Below are positions 61,141-64,000 of a stretch of DNA of 64,000 bases, in pieces (within the stretch, counting starts at the first letter, position 1; every line of letters starts with the position of its first letter). This stretch comes from Alphaproteobacteria bacterium (GTDB lineage Bacteria > Pseudomonadota > Alphaproteobacteria > CADEGL01). Location: contig JBJXGH010000081.1 of the NCBI GenBank assembly GCA_046153685.1, positions 224 through 64,223 of the forward strand, written 5' to 3'. The notes under the pieces are model-generated. The model worked only from the letters and a program-made list of their open reading frames with translations. It had not been told where the DNA came from and did no database searches. A program made the translations under genes and the position numbers.

Positions 61141-63927
61141 CTATTCCGCCGCCGCCGAGGCCAGCCCGGGCGGGTCGGCCAAAACCGCCAGCAGCGCCGC
61201 GCGAATCGTCGCAATCAACTTGGGGTGGCTGACTTTGAGTCCAAAGCCGTCCTTCACGTAGAACACGTCGACCACCCGCTCGCCATAGGTCGAAATCTTG
61301 GCTGAAGACACCTGCAATTTGTGTTCGGCGAGCGTGCGGGCCAAATCGTACAGCAGGCCCGGGCGGTCGCGGCCATTGAGTTCGATGACGGTGTGCGTGG
61401 CACTCGCCTTATCGTCTATCAGCACGCGCGAAGGCACATCGAACACCCGCGTGCGGCTCGCAGGCCCGCGGCGGCGGGCGAGCACGGCCGCAAGATCGAT
61501 ATCGCCCGACAGACCGCGTTCGATCATGTCGCGCAATTGACGCTGGCGGCGCGGATCGGCGAACGCGCCACCGGAAGCGCCATCCGGCGCGGGCGGCTCC
61601 TGAATCCAGAACGTATCGAGCGCCATGCCATCGGCCGTCGTGGCGATGCGGGCATCGACGATATCGGCGCCCGCGGCTGAAAGCGCGCCAGCCAACCGCG
61701 AGAACAGGCCCGGACGATCGGGCGCGCCGACAATGACTTCGGTCACCGCTCGCGCGCTATCGACGCGGACGCCGCAGACGAATGCATCGGCGGAAAAATC
61801 GGCCTCGCGCAGCAGGCGCGCATGGCGAGCCAGCGTGTCGAGTTCGAGGGACAGGACGTAAGATGGCGGCAGCCGCGCCAAATGGGCGTCGATGTCCGAA
61901 GCGGTCCAGCCCGCCAACGCGCCCTCAAGCGCGCGGCGCGCCGCCGCGAGGCGCGGCGCCTCGGACGCGCCCGTCATGCCGCCCATCATTCGCGGCTCGG
62001 CGCGGTGATACAGCTCGCGCAGCAGCGCCGCCTTCCAACCGTTCCACACCGCGGGCCCAACCGCTCGGATATCGCAAACGGTGAGCACCAGCAGCATGCG
62101 CAGGCGCTCGGGCGACTGCACCGCCGCAACGAAATCCTCGAGCGCCTTGTCGTCGGACAGATCCCGCTTGAAGGCGGTTTCGCTCATCACGAGATGGTAG
62201 CGCACGAGCCAAGCAACGTTCTCGGTCTCCTCGGCCTCGAGACCGAGGCGCGGGCAGAGGCGTTCGGCGATCTGGCCGCCCAGTTCGGGGTGATTGCCAC
62301 CGCGGCCTTTGGCAATGTCGTGCAGCAGAATCGCGACGTACAACGCGCGGCGCGACTGCACCTTGTGAATCACGGCACTCGCCAAGGGGTGATCCTCGCG
62401 CAAGAGGCCGCGTTCGATGCGCGATAGAATGCCGATGGCCCGGATGGTGTGCTCGTCGACGGTGTACACATGGTACATGTCGTGCTGCATTTGGGCGACA
62501 ACGCGGCCGAAATCTGGCACGAATCGGCCGAGCACGCCCGCCTCGTTGAGCCGGCGCAGCGCGCCCTCGGGGCCCTTGGGCGAAGTCAATATTTCCAGGA
62601 ACAGCCGATTAGCCTCTTCGTCGGCGCGCAGCGTCGAATCGATCAGACGCAAGCTGCGCGTGACGAGCTGCAGCGCCTTGGGATGGATGTCGAGGTTGCG
62701 CTCGTGGGCGAGGTGGAACAGGCGCAGAAGATCGACCGGAGCGCGCTCGAACGCGCCCTCGTCCGAGACCGCGAGGCGCTCGCCCTCGAGCACGAATCCG
62801 GCGCTGCCCGCGACCCCGTCGAGTTCGACGAAGGGCCGGCGCTTGTGCTCGGCCTCGATCGCGGCGCAGAAAATACGCGTCAAGTCGCCGACCGTCTTGG
62901 CCGTGATGAAATAGTGCTTCATGAAGCGCTCGACGCCGAGCGTGCCGGCATGCGCGGTGTAGCCAAGTTGGCGCCCGATCGTCGTTTGCACGTCGAAAGT
63001 CAACAGGTCCCCCGCCCTGCCGGTCAGGAAATGCAGATGACAGCGCAGGGTCCAAAGGAAGTTCTGCGCCTTTTCGAATCGGCGCACTTCCCTTTCCGTC
63101 AGCACGCCCAGACGCGCCAAATCGTCCATCGTCTGAATGCGGTAAAGGTGCTTCGCGATCCAGAGCAGGGTGTGAAGATCGCGCAATCCTCCCTTGCCGT
63201 CCTTGATGTTCGGCTCAAGCACGTAGCGCGAATCGCCGAGTCGCGCGTGGCGAACGTCGCGCTCGCCGAGCTTGGCCTCGAGAAAGGCGATTTCCGTGCC
63301 TGCCACCACTTCCGAAACGAAGCGCCGGCGCAATTCGTTGAACAGGCGACGGTCTCCCGCGACACAACGGACGTCGAGCAAGGAGGTAGCGATGACGTGA
63401 TCGCCGCGCGCAAGGCGCAGGCATTCGTCGACCGATCGCACCGCGTGGCCGACCTTGAGGCCGAGATCCCAGAGAAAATACAGAATGGATTCAACGATCT
63501 GTTCGGTGCGTGGGGCGGGCTTATAGACGTGCAGGAATAGGAGATCCACGTCCGAGTGGGGCGCCAATTCCCCACGCCCGTAGCCGCCGACCGCGACCAC
63601 CGCGAGACGCTCGCCCTCAGTCGGATTCGCCGCGGGATAGGCCGCCAGCGCGTGAACATGGCAGAGGCGCACGATTTGATCGACGAGGAGTGCGCCAGCC
63701 GCGACCGTCGCGGCACCTGAAGCGCGCGCCGTGAAGCGGCGTTGGATTTCGGCGCGGCCTGCGGCGAGCGCGTCCTTCAACAACAGGAGCATTTCCGAAC
63801 GCCGGTTCGCGCCGCCCATGCGCGCAATCCCCGTTGCGCGCTCGCGCAGGATGCGCGGATCGATGATGGCGCGGGGGCGAACGATCTTCATTGCGGCCGA
63901 TGGCGTTTCCGATATGCGCCGCACCAA
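61141..63927 (-). CDS. glnD: [protein-PII] uridylyltransferase/uridylyl-removing enzyme
   Basis: 928 aa. Nucleotidyltransferase motif (GGYGRGELAPHSDVDL), the HD domain (HDIAKGRGG), and two C-terminal ACT domains. Confidence 0.9.
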   Translation of the reverse strand: MVRRISETPSAAMKIVRPRAIIDPRILRERATGIARMGGANRRSEMLLLLKDALAAGRAEIQRRFTARASGAATVAAGALLVDQIVRLCHVHALAAYPAANPTEGERLAVVAVGGYGRGELAPHSDVDLLFLHVYKPAPRTEQIVESILYFLWDLGLKVGHAVRSVDECLRLARGDHVIATSLLDVRCVAGDRRLFNELRRRFVSEVVAGTEIAFLEAKLGERDVRHARLGDSRYVLEPNIKDGKGGLRDLHTLLWIAKHLYRIQTMDDLARLGVLTEREVRRFEKAQNFLWTLRCHLHFLTGRAGDLLTFDVQTTIGRQLGYTAHAGTLGVERFMKHYFITAKTVGDLTRIFCAAIEAEHKRRPFVELDGVAGSAGFVLEGERLAVSDEGAFERAPVDLLRLFHLAHERNLDIHPKALQLVTRSLRLIDSTLRADEEANRLFLEILTSPKGPEGALRRLNEAGVLGRFVPDFGRVVAQMQHDMYHVYTVDEHTIRAIGILSRIERGLLREDHPLASAVIHKVQSRRALYVAILLHDIAKGRGGNHPELGGQIAERLCPRLGLEAEETENVAWLVRYHLVMSETAFKRDLSDDKALEDFVAAVQSPERLRMLLVLTVCDIRAVGPAVWNGWKAALLRELYHRAEPRMMGGMTGASEAPRLAAARRALEGALAGWTASDIDAHLARLPPSYVLSLELDTLARHARLLREADFSADAFVCGVRVDSARAVTEVIVGAPDRPGLFSRLAGALSAAGADIVDARIATTADGMALDTFWIQEPPAPDGASGGAFADPRRQRQLRDMIERGLSGDIDLAAVLARRRGPASRTRVFDVPSRVLIDDKASATHTVIELNGRDRPGLLYDLARTLAEHKLQVSSAKISTYGERVVDVFYVKDGFGLKVSHPKLIATIRAALLAVLADPPGLASAAAE

Positions 63928-64000
63928 GGCGGCGGGCGGAGTCCTTATTATATATTATATACACGATGGCAGCCCCCGGCGGCGCAAGGCCGGACCTAGC

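Overview
This 64-kb window is a GC-rich stretch (roughly two-thirds G+C by eye, not computed) of what looks like an alphaproteobacterial chromosome. The gene order resembles Rhizobiales and Rhodospirillales. It is densely packed with housekeeping genes (about 63 CDS), most on the minus strand. The main blocks are: (1) rpsT, a rhodanese gene, dnaA, dnaN, recF and gyrB; (2) mutM divergent from ubiE-ubiB-coaBC-dut-moeB; (3) an Irr-like regulator followed by rubrerythrin, an HdrD-like Fe-S protein and a DUF3501-like protein; (4) fabA-fabB-fabI; (5) rimP-nusA-infB-rbfA-truB-rpsO-pnp; (6) trmB and metK; (7) the E. coli-like lnt-corC-ybeY-phoH-miaB string, then olsB-olsA translationally coupled to a fur-family gene, then rimI-tsaB; (8) glnD-murJ-trpS. 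I found no transposase or integrase, no CRISPR array, and no rRNA or tRNA genes in the intergenic gaps I could inspect by eye. The least-characterised modules, and the best candidates for anything novel, are: the Irr/rubrerythrin/CCG-domain Fe-S protein/DUF3501 cluster, which carries a perfect AT-rich 7-1-7 palindrome in its promoter; the overlapping TIGR02186-like/TauE membrane pair; a secreted ankyrin plus SYLF-domain pair at the window start; and a class III cyclase with an unassigned N-terminal domain. Many long ORFs in the six-frame track are antisense artefacts of the high GC content and are not reported as genes. All functional calls rest on motif and sequence-family recognition by eye and on remembered gene order, not on database searches.
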